In this document: positions 1 through 12,162 of the stretch, in pieces
Layout: each line of letters opens with the position of its first letter
Position numbering within the stretch: the first letter of the stretch is position 1
Origin: Mobula birostris
Taxonomy: Eukaryota
Reading direction: 5' to 3'
Length of the DNA: 64,000 bases
NCBI RefSeq assembly: GCF_030028105.1
Contig: NC_092397.1
Location: 32,765,097-32,829,096, forward strand
The notes under the pieces: generated by a model
What the model saw: the letters and a program-made list of their open reading frames with translations, nothing else
The model's database searches: none
Told to the model about the DNA's origin: nothing
Program-made: the position numbers and the translations under genes

Positions 1-49
1 AGTTGCTGATGAACGCAGCAGGCCAGGCAGCATCTCTGGGAAAGAGGTA

Positions 50-86
50 CAGTCGACATTTTGGGCCGAGACCCTTCGTCAGGACT
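50..86 (-). ncRNA. Decayed hammerhead-ribozyme motif in a Penelope-derived short element (element runs from window start to ~90)
   Basis: Minus strand reads AGTC-CTGACGA-AGGGTCTCGGCCC-AAAA-TGTC-GACTG. GAAA is mutated to AAAA and CGTC to TGTC, consistent with CpG decay. Confidence 0.6.
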
Positions 87-468
87 AACTGCTAATTCTC
101 TTCTCTTTTTACAATTCTGTACAGCAGTTTAGTTCTTGTGAGCACTGTATCGTGGATACTATGTGTTTATGATGCTGCTGCAGTAAATTTATCTTTCACC
201 TGGTCCATTTGACCTTCGGTCTCCTGCTGTCCTGTTTCATTACATAAACGTTTCATATTATCAACTGTGTGTTTTCCTCATTCCATCTGCTTTTCTAGCA
301 GATACGACGGGCCGAATGACCGAATACTGCCGCTGTAGTTGGTCCATTTTGTATTTTAGATTTCCTTCCTGCGGAATTAACCGGCAGCGGCAACTCACCA
401 GATCGGCGACAGGTCCCTGTCCACGGTGTTACCCAAAACGAACACTGGGTAGTGCAGAACGAGTTCTG

Positions 469-594
469 ATTGGTTGATTCCTTTAGCTATCCAATCAAAT
501 TATCTTACTGCATGAACGTTACTTCAAATAGCCATTGAGAAACCTAGGCATCCCATCCCTCATTAGCATACACCTCTGGGCGCTGCCTATTTAA
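469..594 (+). promoter_or_regulatory. H2B promoter: CCAAT boxes, octamer-like site, TATA
   Basis: ATTGG 469-473, CCAAT 491-495, ATTAGCAT 562-569 (one mismatch to the H2B octamer ATTTGCAT), TATTTAA 588-594. Confidence 0.7.
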
Positions 595-647
595 TTCGTG
601 CTCCGGGTCCGTTTTACTTATTTGTGGTTCTGAAGCGGTCAGCTGAA

Positions 648-1022
648 ATGCCTGAGACAGCGAAACCCGCTCCGAAGAAGGGCGCCAAGAAAACTCTGCC
701 CAAACCAGCCGGTAAGGCAGGGAAGAAGCGCAAGAGGCTGAGGAAGGAGAGTTACTCCATCTACATCTACAAAGTGATGAAGCAGGTTCACCCCGATACT
801 GGCATCTCCTCCAAGGCCATGAGCATCATGAACTCATTCGTCAACGACATCTTCGAGCGCATCGGGGGCGAGGCTTCACGCCTGGCCCATTACAACAAGC
901 GGTCAACCATCACCTCACGGGAGATCCAGACCGCCGTGCGCCTGCTGCTGCCCGGGGAGCTGGCCAAGCACGCCGTTTCCGAAGGGACAAAGGCGGTGAC
1001 CAAGTACACCAGCTCCAAGTAA
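648..1022 (+). CDS. H2B: Histone H2B, replication-dependent (124 aa)
   Basis: [12 protein letters not shown]...[26 protein letters not shown]...AVTKYTSSK. The true ATG is at 648; the gene is intronless. Confidence 0.98.
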   Translation: MPETAKPAPKKGAKKTLPKPAGKAGKKRKRLRKESYSIYIYKVMKQVHPDTGISSKAMSIMNSFVNDIFERIGGEASRLAHYNKRSTITSREIQTAVRLLLPGELAKHAVSEGTKAVTKYTSSK

Positions 1023-1053
1023 AGTTCCCCAGTGAGATGATCGAAAACACAAC

Positions 1054-1094
1054 GGCTCTTTTAAGAGCCACTCACGATTTCACTGAGAGAGTTG
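1054..1094 (+). terminator. Histone 3' stem-loop and HDE of H2B
   Basis: GGCTCT-TTTA-AGAGCC at 1054-1069, then purine-rich GAGAGAGTTG at 1085-1094. Confidence 0.93.
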
Positions 1095-1701
1095 TACTAG
1101 CATTTAGGCAATACATGGCGCACGTTTTATGTGTGGTGGCTTTTACAGGAGCTAAAGAGCGGTTGGAATATCCGCTTCATCTTCCCCCTATAATCCTGGT
1201 GTTTAACATTCCTCCCACTCCCGTTGCTGTTTTAGCTGTGGGTTCAGGAGTTTATTATTTGGAGTTAGGTAACTTCTCTGAATCTCATTTTAATTCGAGG
1301 CCGGAACGACTTCACGGTTCTTTCATAGAACAGTTTTTTTAAAAAAATTGCAGACTAGCCGCTGGTCACAGTTTGAGAAGAGCCGTTTGTCCATAACCTG
1401 CTAACGTTTACACAATGACCAGCACCGGGCAGAAGCTGAGTGTCAGTTTTACTCGGTTCCTTTACGAGTTGAAAGAAATTTGAGTTCCCAGACACTCCAT
1501 TATCAACTACACTTACATTAAATGTGCCCGGTTTCAATAACAGGGGGAAATGCGAAGACCCAGTCCTCAAACAGATCAGCAATGATTTAATTTCAGATTA
1601 AATTTGAACAATGAGTTTTTTTTGGCGGGCTTTTTCCAATTTTCAGAGTACTTTGGGGAGGAGATGGTTACACTCCGCGCTTCTGCCTTTACGGGCTCTT
1701 G

Positions 1702-2258
<557 letters not shown>

Positions 2259-2288
2259 AGCGACGTAAACTGAACCTATTTACCCAAA

Positions 2289-2330
2289 GGCTCTTTTCAG
2301 AGCCACTCACAGTGTCTGTGGAAGGGCTGA
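2289..2330 (+). terminator. Histone 3' stem-loop and HDE of H2A
   Basis: GGCTCT-TTTC-AGAGCC at 2289-2304; GAAGGGCTGA at 2321-2330. Confidence 0.93.
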
Positions 2331-2857
2331 ACAGCGGGTGATTACCGTTCGGAGTAACTCGGCTGTGTGTCTGACACGGCCCCGATCGGAGGCATCCCTG
2401 GTAACGTTTTCTCTCCTTCTGTCGTGTTTCTTCCGCGAATTAAATCGGTAAAAGTCTGCAGAGTACGCGGTCCGCTACACCCTGCCTCATTTCCCCTCTC
2501 TGCTGGCTGAATGGAGCTCTCTCCCCTTGTGGGGCGGGGAAATTAACTTTCAGAGTCAGCCCCCGGAGGGTGAATTTAATCTCCGATCATTGAACGATTC
2601 CGGTCTTCATGACCTGAAACCGCGTTGTCTGGGTTTCACATTGCGGGTTGACCCTGGACCGTCCCACTGATCGCTTCATGAGCAATTCCCACCGCCTCAC
2701 AGAACAATATTGATTTGCAGCTTTACATTTATCTGCAAAAGTACATTTACCGTATGGAACTGACAGTATTTACTGAAAATCTCGTCCGCCTGGGTCTCTG
2801 AAATATAAATGAACATTTGCAAAGACGGGGTCAGTTTGGTCAGATCTCCCGAGACGC

Positions 2858-2924
2858 GGCTCCCTCTGTGAGGCGGTGGGTCGCTCTGATACAGACTTTT
2901 GTTTGTGCCAGGAAGAAAAGGGAG
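2858..2924 (-). pseudogene. Orphan relic of an H4-type 3' end (decayed stem-loop plus HDE region), no coding region left
   Basis: The first 24 nt match 14736-14759 (H4 3' flank) at 23/24. Similarity continues through a decayed stem-loop and the following flank. Confidence 0.65.
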
Positions 2925-2979
2925 GGGGTGGGGTGGATCGACAAGGAGGTTCAGTTCTGTCCTGTCTCTAGTAGGAACT

Positions 2980-4300
2980 TCTAAATACTGATTGATAAAA
3001 CTGGACACACAGAATAAATTCTGCGCCACCAACCCTTTTGCAGTGCGGCGGTCCCAGTATACATGATGCGGCAATCCCCAGGGATGTCTTCTTTAAGTAC
3101 CACTGAGATGTTCTCCCTGGTCAAACACATCTCTGCATTCTCTTCTCTCCCGTCCACTCCATCGTACCTGTAGCATTTGTACTGTGAAACTGAGCTGCCG
3201 GTCCTGCCCCTCCGACAATCATTTTTCTGTTGGGGATATAATATCCCAGTCTCCTGCACGGATCCATGCCCAGGGGCCATCTGCTGTTCAGAGAACAAAG
3301 GACAGTACAGGAGTGGCCCTTTGGCCCTTCTCTACATATACTTGTGACTGTCTAAGATTTCCTTAAATACTCCTGTGCTCTCTGTCTCTGCCACCACCCC
3401 TGGCAGTGCATTCCATGTCTCCATCAATCTGTTTTCTTCACTTTCTTCCTCTGAGCTTAAATACATGCCTTCTGTGAAAAATATTACTGGCTGTCTACAC
3501 CAACTATGACCACAAAATTCCACAGGTTTCTATCAAATCTCTCCTGAGCCAACGCCACTCCAGAAGCAAAAAGTTTCAGCATGTCGAGCCTCTCCTCAGC
3601 GCACACCTCCTCCAGACATCCTGTTCCGAACCCTCCACATGCTTCCTATATTGAGGTGATCAGAACTGAACACGATACTCTCAATGTGGCCTAACCAGCA
3701 TTTTATAAACCTGTAACATCATGTCCTGGTGCTTGAACTCAATGCCTTGCCTGATGAAGGTAAACATGCCATACACCGACTTCACCTCCCTGTCAACCTG
3801 TGCTCCCAGTTTTAGGGAACCGATGTCTCTGAACCTCGACATCCTTCTCTTTGTCAATACTGTTAATGTTCCTGCCATTAACTGTGTACACACCCTTGAT
3901 GTTGGATCTCCCAAAGTGCAGCCCTAGGTATCCTTTTCACCACAACGAATGTACGGAATACAATGGGATTATCTTCAATCCCACTTGCCAGAGATTTTTC
4001 ATCACTGTTTCCAGCTCTCCGAATGTTCTTGAGTTCCCCTATTTTTTAAATATAGTCCTCAAACACCCTGTTTGATTCTAGCTTCCTAAGCCTTACTTAT
4101 GCTTCTTCCTCCTCCTCGATTAAATTAACTTCCTGTCTCATCATCCAAGGTTCCTGAACCTTGCCATTCTTGACCCTCCCTCTTACTGGAACAAACTGGC
4201 CCTGAAACACTGCACTGGTCTTTAAACAAACTCCAGGTCAGATGTGGATTTGACTCAAAATCCATCATTACATATTGCTGTGCCTGGCATCTAACTCAGC
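2980..4300 (-). mobile_element. Decayed CR1 LINE fragments (endonuclease part, RT C-terminus and 3' end)
   Basis: Minus-strand translations resemble CR1 ORF2, e.g. YKCYRYDG...RENISVVLKEDIPG and FIRQGIEFKHQDMMLQVYKMLVRPH. Confidence 0.7.
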
Positions 4301-4789
4301 TTCAATCTCTCCATTCAGTGACTAGTGTTCTGTTTCACATCCCCCTGTCAATCTCGTTTCAACCCTCATAGGGTGCAGCAATGAACTTCATGATCTTGAC
4401 CGCCCTCCACTGAAACTGCAAACCATCCCTCTTGTAAATGTCACCCCAGCACCAGAAGAGGTTCCAATGTTCCGTAATCCTGAAACCCTGTCCCTGTATC
4501 AGCTCCTTAGCCACACATTCATTAGCTCTCACTTTCTGTTTGTATCCCTACCACCACAGGGCACTAGGAGTAAACTGGAGATTACAACATTTCAGGTTCT
4601 GCTCCATAACTTCTTCCCTAACTCTCTGTGGGACATCATCCCTTTTCCACCTGTCCATTGGTACCGATGTGAATCACCATCTCTGGCTGAATGAACACCA
4701 TCCCCCTGTTCTGTATCTGCTCTGAGATGTCCCTGACTCTCAGAGTATTTACAACTTTTAAAACCAACAAAAAGCAACAAAAAAAGTCA

Positions 4790-5400
4790 TGAAGAGAGGG
4801 AAAAGTTGGAATACAAAGGTAAGCTAGCCACTGGTATTAAAGAGGATACCAAAAGTTTCTTCAGATATACAAAGTGTAAAAGAGAGGCAAAAGTAGATAT
4901 TAGTTCATTGGAAGATGTTACTGGAGAGGTAGTAATGGGGTACAGGAAAATGGCAGACAATCTGAATAAGTATTGTGCATCAGTCTTCACTGGGGACGAT
5001 ATTAGCAGTCTGCTGGAAATTCAAGAGAAACAGGGGGCAGAAATGAGTGATTTTGCCTTTACTAGGGAGATGGTCCTTGGGAAACTGAAAGGTCTGAAGG
5101 TAGAAAATTCCCTTGGACCAGATTATCTACACCAGTTCTATGAAAGATGTGGCTGAAGAGATTGTGGCAGTTTTATTAATAATCTTTCCATAATCTCTGG
5201 ATTCTGGTGTGGTTCCAGAGAACAGGAAAATTGCAAAGGTCATCCACTCTTAAAGAGAGAGAAGCAGAAGAAAGCAAATCATAGGCCAGCTAGTCCGATC
5301 TCAGTGGTTGGGAGGATGATGGAGTCAATTGTCAAGGATGTATTTTCGGGTACTTGGCAACACATGAAAAAATAGGCCAAAGTCAGCATGGTTTCCTTTA
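4790..5400 (+). mobile_element. CR1 LINE ORF2 fragment
   Basis: ORF 4806-5156: KLATGIKEDTKSFFRYTK...GKLKGLKVENSLGPD, the linker region before the CR1 RT domain. Confidence 0.8.
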
Positions 5401-7460
5401 ATCAGTCCTCACCGAAGACTTGTGTATCTGCAACACTTCTTCTCAACTCTTGTACTCAGTGACATGAATGATGAAGGCCAGCAGATCAAACCCCATCTTC
5501 ACCACCGTATCTAGCTGAGACGTCACTTTCAGTGAATTACACATTCACATGGACATTATTTATATAAATTACAAACAACAAAGGTCCTGTCACCCAGTGG
5601 CACACCACTAGACAGACAGCTCCAGTCTGAGACACAACCCTCAACCATCAGCCTCTGCCTCCTGTCACGGAGGCAATTATGGAATCGATCAACTATCTCC
5701 CCAGATTCCAGTTTCTAGATCTAACCTTCCAGACTATAATCAAAGGCTTGGCTAATGTCCATATAAACAACATCCACAGCCCTAACCTCATCTACGCCCT
5801 TGTGAAACCCCTCAAAGGGCTGCAAGAAATTACCAGACATAATTTTCCTTGCACAAAACTGTGCTGACTGTCTTGAATCAAACCAAATTTTGGTGGATCC
5901 TGTTCATCAGAAACTCTTCCAACAAATTACAGACTGATGGGCCTGTAGTTTCCACTACCCTTTTTGAACAATGGCAGCGCATAAACCATCAGTCCTGAAG
6001 TCACAGGAGCAGGATTAGGCCTTTTGGCCCATTCAGTCTGTTCTGCCATTCCATCATATATCCATCTCAACCCCATTCTCCTGCCTTCTACCCATAAACT
6101 TTGATACCCTTAATAATAATTAAAAATCTACTAACCTCTGCTTTAAAAAAAAACACTGACTGCCTTTATGGCTGCCTGTGGAAATGAAATCCATTGATTC
6201 ATCACCTTCTGACTAAAGAAATTACTCATCTCTATTCTAGAGGGGCATCTTTTATTGAGGGTGTGGTTTGGTTCTAGATTCCTCCATTATTGGAAACATC
6301 CTCTCACATCAACGCTATCTAGGCCGTTCAATATTCAATGTGTTTCTATAAGATTCTCCCTCATTCTTCTAGACTCCAGTGACTGCAGGCCCAGATTATC
6401 AAATGATTATTACATCCTAACTCTTTCAGTCCTGGGATCATTCTCATGAATTTCCACTACAGCCTCTGCAATGCCAGCACATCCTTTCTTAGAAAAGTTA
6501 CCCAAGCCTGCTCATGATACTCCAAATAAGGTCTGACCAAAGCCTCAGCATTAGATCCTTGTTTTTATTTTCTAGTTCTCTTGAAATGCATGCAAGTATT
6601 ACATTTGCCTTCCTCACTACCAACTCAATGTGTGCATTAACCTTTAGGGAATCGTGCACTAAGACCCTTCACACAACTGATTTCTGTTCTCTCCCTGATT
6701 AGAAAGAGCCTAGGGTGTTATTCCTCCTACCAGAGTACATGACCACACACTTCATTACACTATATTTCATCTGGCACTTCCTTGTCCATTCTCTAAATCT
6801 GTCAAGTGCTACTGCAGACTCCCTGCTTCCTCAACACAGCCTGCCTCTTCATATCATCCACAGTCTGGGCCTCAAAACTATCAATTCCACATTGCTCACC
6901 CTGTCCAATCATGTGCAACCTCAACTGGTGCCTGAGATGAAGCAAAATAATCTCTCCCCTGGCCTCCACAGTGTATTCTCCAGCTTCCCACAAAGTACGA
7001 GAATGTACCTGATAAAGCCCTGGAGATTTAACAACCTTAAAGAATTTTTGCAATGGTGAAATAACTGTCAGAAATATTCATGGATAGCCTCTCCTATTTC
7101 ATTTGCCTCCACACACAGATGGCCATGTTCACCTCCAAGGGGAACGATTCTGTGTCTAACTTAACTTTTCCTATGAATATACCAAGAGAATCTCTTGGAT
7201 TTTGCTCACTTTGCCTTCTGAATCATGATATCCTCCTTTTACCCTCCAAACTTTTATTAGAGATCCTATCTCTAATAATATTCTCGAATAATTTCCCGAA
7301 CATTGATCCAAGACTCACCAATCTGTAATTTGTCTCCATTGCCTGAGGAACAACATGCCCTGGAATATCAACATTCCCTTCTCTGATCTCACTATCCTCC
7401 ATGACCACATTGATGAATACTGATGAGAAGTACAGGTTTAGTCCTTCGCACACTTCAGAC
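5400..7460 (-). mobile_element. Patchwork of antisense CR1 fragments
   Basis: Minus-strand pieces such as NYRLVSLGSMFGKLFENIIRDRI, plus a CR1-type 3' UTR near 6000-6100. Confidence 0.65.
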
Positions 7461-7909
7461 ATAAACTCTCTCCTCTGTGCTTGTGTTGTCGTACCCTCTT
7501 CGCAGTGCCCCTTCTCACCAAAGTTATTTCTTCTTCCCGTTTCACACTTCTGATTCTCTCTCTAACTTCTCTTACTTGTTTCATGTTGCCAGAGGCTTTC
7601 TCCAATTTCTACTTCTGAAATATTCCTTATCCTTCATTTTCTTTCAGTCTGAATTCATAACATCTCTCACTATGCCCCTCTGCCAGACTTTACCATCCTT
7701 GTGTTTCCTCCTCATAGAAACAGTTCTGTCTGAATTCTGACCCGATTGCTTTTAAACATCATTTACATGTTCAATGTAGACAGTTGCAATTAACTGTACC
7801 CCAAATGACCATATTACCACCAGGTCCAGTCTTGTCCTTATTTACTGTTCCCAAAATGAAACTTCTATCAATGGCCAGGCTCATTTCTCAATACAATGTT
7901 TTCTATGAC

Positions 7910-8545
7910 ATTTATAGCGAGAGGATTCGAGTACAGGAGCAGGGAGGTACTACTGCAGTTGTACAAGGCCTTGGTGAGACCACACCTGGAGTATTGTGTG
8001 CAGTTTTGGTCCCCTAATCTGAGGAAAGACATCCTTGCCATAGAGGGAGTACAAAGAAGGTTCACCAGATTGATTCCTGGGATGGCAGGACTTTCATATG
8101 AAGAAAGACTGGATGAACTGGGCTTGTACTCGTTGGAATTTAGAAGATTGAGGGGGGATCTGATTGAAACGTATAAGATCCTAAAGGGATTGGACAGGCT
8201 AGATGCAGGAAGATTGTTCCCGATGTTGGGGAAGTCCAGAACGAGGGGCCTCAGTTTGAGGATAGAGGGGAAGCCTTTTAGGACCGAGATTAGGAAAAAC
8301 TTCTTCACACAGAGAGTGGTGAATCTGTGGAATTCTCTGCCACAGGAAACAGTTGAGGCCAGTTCACTGGCTATATTTAAGAGGGAGTTAGATATGGCCC
8401 TTGTGGCTACGGGGGTCAGGGGGTATGGAGGGAAGACTGGGGCGGGGTTCTGAGTTGGATGATCAGCCATGATCATAATAAATGGCGGTGCAGGCTCGAA
8501 GGGCCGAATGGCCTACTCCTGCACCTATTTTCTATGTTTCTATGG
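7910..8545 (+). mobile_element. Young 5'-truncated CR1 LINE (ORF2 C-terminus and 3' UTR)
   Basis: Uninterrupted ORF LLQLYKALVRPHLEYCVQFWSP...NFFTQRVVNLWNSLP, ending in a (TTTCTATG)2 tail. Confidence 0.9.
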
Positions 8546-9099
8546 CTCCCTTCCCGGGTTAGACTATCCACTTCTATGTTAAGTAACATCCCAGTATTCT
8601 TCTAACATATTCGGTGATATCTAAGCCCCTGACTCTAAGGGAGTCCCAGTCAACATTGGGGAAATTAGTCACCCACTGCAACTACCCTGTTGCTTTTACA
8701 TCTTTCATTACCTGCTACATTTCTGTTCCTTTATCTCCTGCCGGCATTTGGGAGGCCTGTGGTATAACCCCATCAGTGAATGCACCTCTCTTATCCTGAG
8801 CTCTATCCACATTGTCCCACTGGATGAACCCTCCAGTGTGTCCTCTCTTAGTCCCTCACCCACAATTCCATATAAAGTCTGATCTGCCATCAGCCTTCCT
8901 TGTATGTCAATCCCACTTCCCTGATTTTACAAACATTTATCTTCCTTCTCTTTGAATCTTTTCAGTTATCCAGACTCCCCATTCATCTCAGTTGGGGAAT
9001 TCCAGTGTTTGTTATACAGTGTTTTTTTAATCATTTGTGGCCTTGTAGAACAGTGCAGGCATGTACTCTGGTTTCCTGCAGTCCACAGTTTTGAGTGCC

Positions 9100-11360
9100 A
9101 CAGTTCCACACAGTCATCAGATTATATAAAAGGAGAGGGAGTTTGATGAAGTGAACCTGGGCAGTTGGCACATTTTGCATGTCACAGTTCCCGAGGAAAT
9201 GTTTGATTGCCCATAATTCGGAACGTGGCAAGATCCAATAAAAAGTTATACTTAACCAGAGCGGTCATTGTATGAGTGGGCCAGAATTGGAGTGGGGAGT
9301 TCAGGTTTTGTCTCTTCTGAGAGATGTAGGCCATAGGTAGATATATTTTGATTTAATCTTTATTTCTTTTGTATTACACATTTAGAGCAGAGGGGATGCC
9401 AGACAAGATACTTGTCTTGATGGAAGGAGGCAGAGGGTGGTCATGGCAGCTTGTTATTCAGGTTGGAGGCCTCTGACCAGTGACAGTCACAGGGATCGGT
9501 GCTGGTACTGTCAATTGTCATCTACATTAACAATTTTCTGACATTGTGGTGACAGTGAGTTTGCAGATGACAGCAATGCTGGTGGTAGTGTGGACTGTGA
9601 AGATTGTGTGAGAGTACAATAGGATGGAGATTAACTGGGGAAGACGGCCAAAAAATGGCAGAAGGATATTGATGTGGACAAGTTTGAGGTGTTGCATTAT
9701 GAGAAGTTCAACCAGGGAAGGATCTGCACAGTAAATTCTTGTCCCTTGGAGAGTATTACAGAAGAGGGTCCATGAAATACAGAAACATCATTCACTGAAA
9801 GAGACAACACAGGTAGTCAGGATGGTGAAGGTGGTGTTTGGCCTATTTGTCTTCATTGATCAGGGAACTCAGTAGAGAATTTGGGATGCCGTATGACAGC
9901 TGTAAAAGTCAAAGTGAGACCAGACTGTATTTTGCACAGTTCTGGTCATCCAGTTGCAGGAAAGATGTCATGAAGCTGGCAAGTGTGGAGGGAAGTTTGA
10001 TGAGAATGTTACTGACACTGGTGGACTTTAATTATCAGCAGAAGCTGGACAGACTGGGACTCTCTTTCTCTCTCCTGAGAGTGTAAGGAGCTGTCTGGTG
10101 ACCGTCCAGAGGTTTACAAAATCAGTAGGTGAGCACTCTTTTTGTAGGGTAGGGAAGCCTAAATTTACAGGGTAATGGTTTAAGATGAAGGGGAAACATT
10201 TAAAAGCTACCTTATGGGTGGGGGATGTTGCATCTTTGAATAAGGAGACCAACACTTCAGTAATAAGAGGGGTTTTGATGAGGTCTTGTAAGTATAGGTT
10301 TTAAATAAAATGATGAATGATGATTTTGATGGGATTATACTGCCGGCCTCCCAATTGGCTCAGATATTGTGCAGCAGACATATTAGTAAATCACACAGAG
10401 GGGTAATGGGAACAAGTTTACAGCAGTTGGGCATTTCAACTTTCCCAGATTACCTTGTATGAAAAGTTTCAGTCTCCAGGAGAAATTTGGCAGACACAGG
10501 ATCGGTTCATCCCTCAGCAGAAACAGTATTTAAAAGGGAGGATGAGGCAACCATCGCTAACAACAGAAGACAAAGGCAGCATAAAAGAACATGAGAGGGC
10601 AAAGAATATCACCAAAATTAATGGGAAGCTAAAGGAATGGGAAACTTAAAACAAAAAAACAGAACAACTATAATAACAATATGCAGAACTCAGATGAATT
10701 ATGAAAGTAACTGGCCAATAATAGAAACAAGATACAAAAAGATTTATTTTCAGATATATGAAGAGTAAAAGAGGCAAGAATGGACAAGGTTTCACTGACC
10801 TTCACTGATCAATGCCAGTGCACAAAAGTTTTATTAATGAGTTGGAGAAACTTCCCTCAACTTAACTTGGAAGGATGTCGCGGATTACAGGGTGCTCATG
10901 ATCACTTAGGGAAGAGGGTCAAGTGTGGCAAATGCATTTCAATACAGATAAGTGTGAGGCGGTGCATATTGGAAAGTCAAACCAGTGTAGAACTTACACT
11001 ATGAAAGATCGGTCATTGGGGACCGGAATGGGCCGGAGAGATTTAGGGGTAAAGTGAACACAGTTCATTGAAAGTTGTGTCACTTGCAGACAGGGTGGTG
11101 AAGAACGGGGTTTAACATGCTGGTCTTCATTAGTCAGGGGATAGAGTATATCAGTTGTGACATTATGTCACAGTTGTGTAAATGACTGGAGGACACACTT
11201 GCCGATTTGTATACAGCTCTTGTCACCATTATAGGAAACGTGGTTAAACTGGGGAAAGTGTAGAAAAGATTTCCAAGGTATATTTCCCGGACCCGAGGTT
11301 CTCAGTTACATAGTCAGTTTGGTCAGACAATGTCCTTTGTCCTTTATTCCTTGGAATCAG
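9100..11360 (+). mobile_element. Heavily decayed CR1 fragments
   Basis: Remnants of the RT motifs (QGSVL-like, FADD) and of the ORF2 C-terminus, with many stops and indels. Confidence 0.6.
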
Positions 11361-11543
11361 AATCAGATTTATCACCGTGTTATATGACGAGGAACCTGTC
11401 GTTTTGTTCTGACAGCAGTACAGGCCTCTGAAGGTGCAGATGTGAACATTGTGTCAGCATAACGACAAGAGATTCTGGGAATGGCGAACAACGCGGCCAA
11501 AATGCTGGAGGAACCCAGCAAGTCAGGCAGCATCTCCCACCAG

Positions 11544-11580
11544 AGTCCTGATGAAGGGACTCGGCCCGAAATGTCCACTG
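11544..11580 (+). ncRNA. Hammerhead-ribozyme motif in a Penelope-derived fold-back element (~11465-11615)
   Basis: AGTC-CTGATGA-AGGGACTCGGCCC-GAAA-TGTC-CACTG, flanked by inverted arms (cagcaagtcaggcagcatc / gatgctgcctgacttgctg). Confidence 0.65.
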
Positions 11581-11661
11581 TTTATTCTCACCATTGATGC
11601 TGCCTGACTTGCTGATTCAGAGAGAGTGTTTTAAAGCGGCGGGCGATTAGACGAGTATCAC

Positions 11662-12088
11662 TGTGTTTGTGGGTCCGAACACATCGCCGGATTTCCCAGC
11701 GCCTCCTGTACAAAAAGAAAAGATTTCTCTGTTATGGGATCGCCCCACTCCCCAGCTCAGTCCCGAAGCGGGAATTAATCGCAAAGTTTTAGTTAGTTTC
11801 AAAATTTCAGCCGAAAAGCAGAGAACAGGTCAACAAAATGGAGAGAGATCGCGGGCAGTGCAGTAATCAAACGGGTTAAATTAGAAAGTGCTGCCTTTAA
11901 TCCCGATTAAACTCTCTTTCCGGCGAACTTTGCGGCCTCAGTGACGGACAAGGACCAGTCTGGGTCTCTGGAGTGTCCGATTTTAATTGGAATCGGAGAG
12001 TTTTTGAGGAGAGAGAAACACAGAAAAATGAAGTCTCCGGGAGCTGACAGCAGGATGTCTCCGCCCCGTCCGCTCGCTGTCTTTAAAT
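11662..12088 (+). promoter_or_regulatory. H1 promoter: TG box, H1/AC box, GC box, TATA-like element
   Basis: TGTGTTT 11662-11668, AAACACA 12016-12022, CCGCCC 12061-12066, CTTTAAAT 12081-12088. Confidence 0.8.
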
Positions 12089-12162
12089 TGCTCTGGGCCG
12101 CCGCCTTTCGCTTCAGTTCTCATTCAGTCTGATTGTGAGAAGCATTTTCCAGAGTCGCCGAC

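Noticed and set aside
624-647. N-terminal extensions of H2B (from 624) and H2A (from 1812) in the ORF track
   Set aside because: 624 is a non-ATG start and 1812 abuts the TATA box, upstream of the likely cap site. The canonical N-termini begin at 648 and 1875.
2981-3298. 105-aa minus ORF upstream of the H4-type 3' relic as a novel stem-loop gene
   Set aside because: The translation matches a decayed CR1 endonuclease segment, and the stem-loop is broken.
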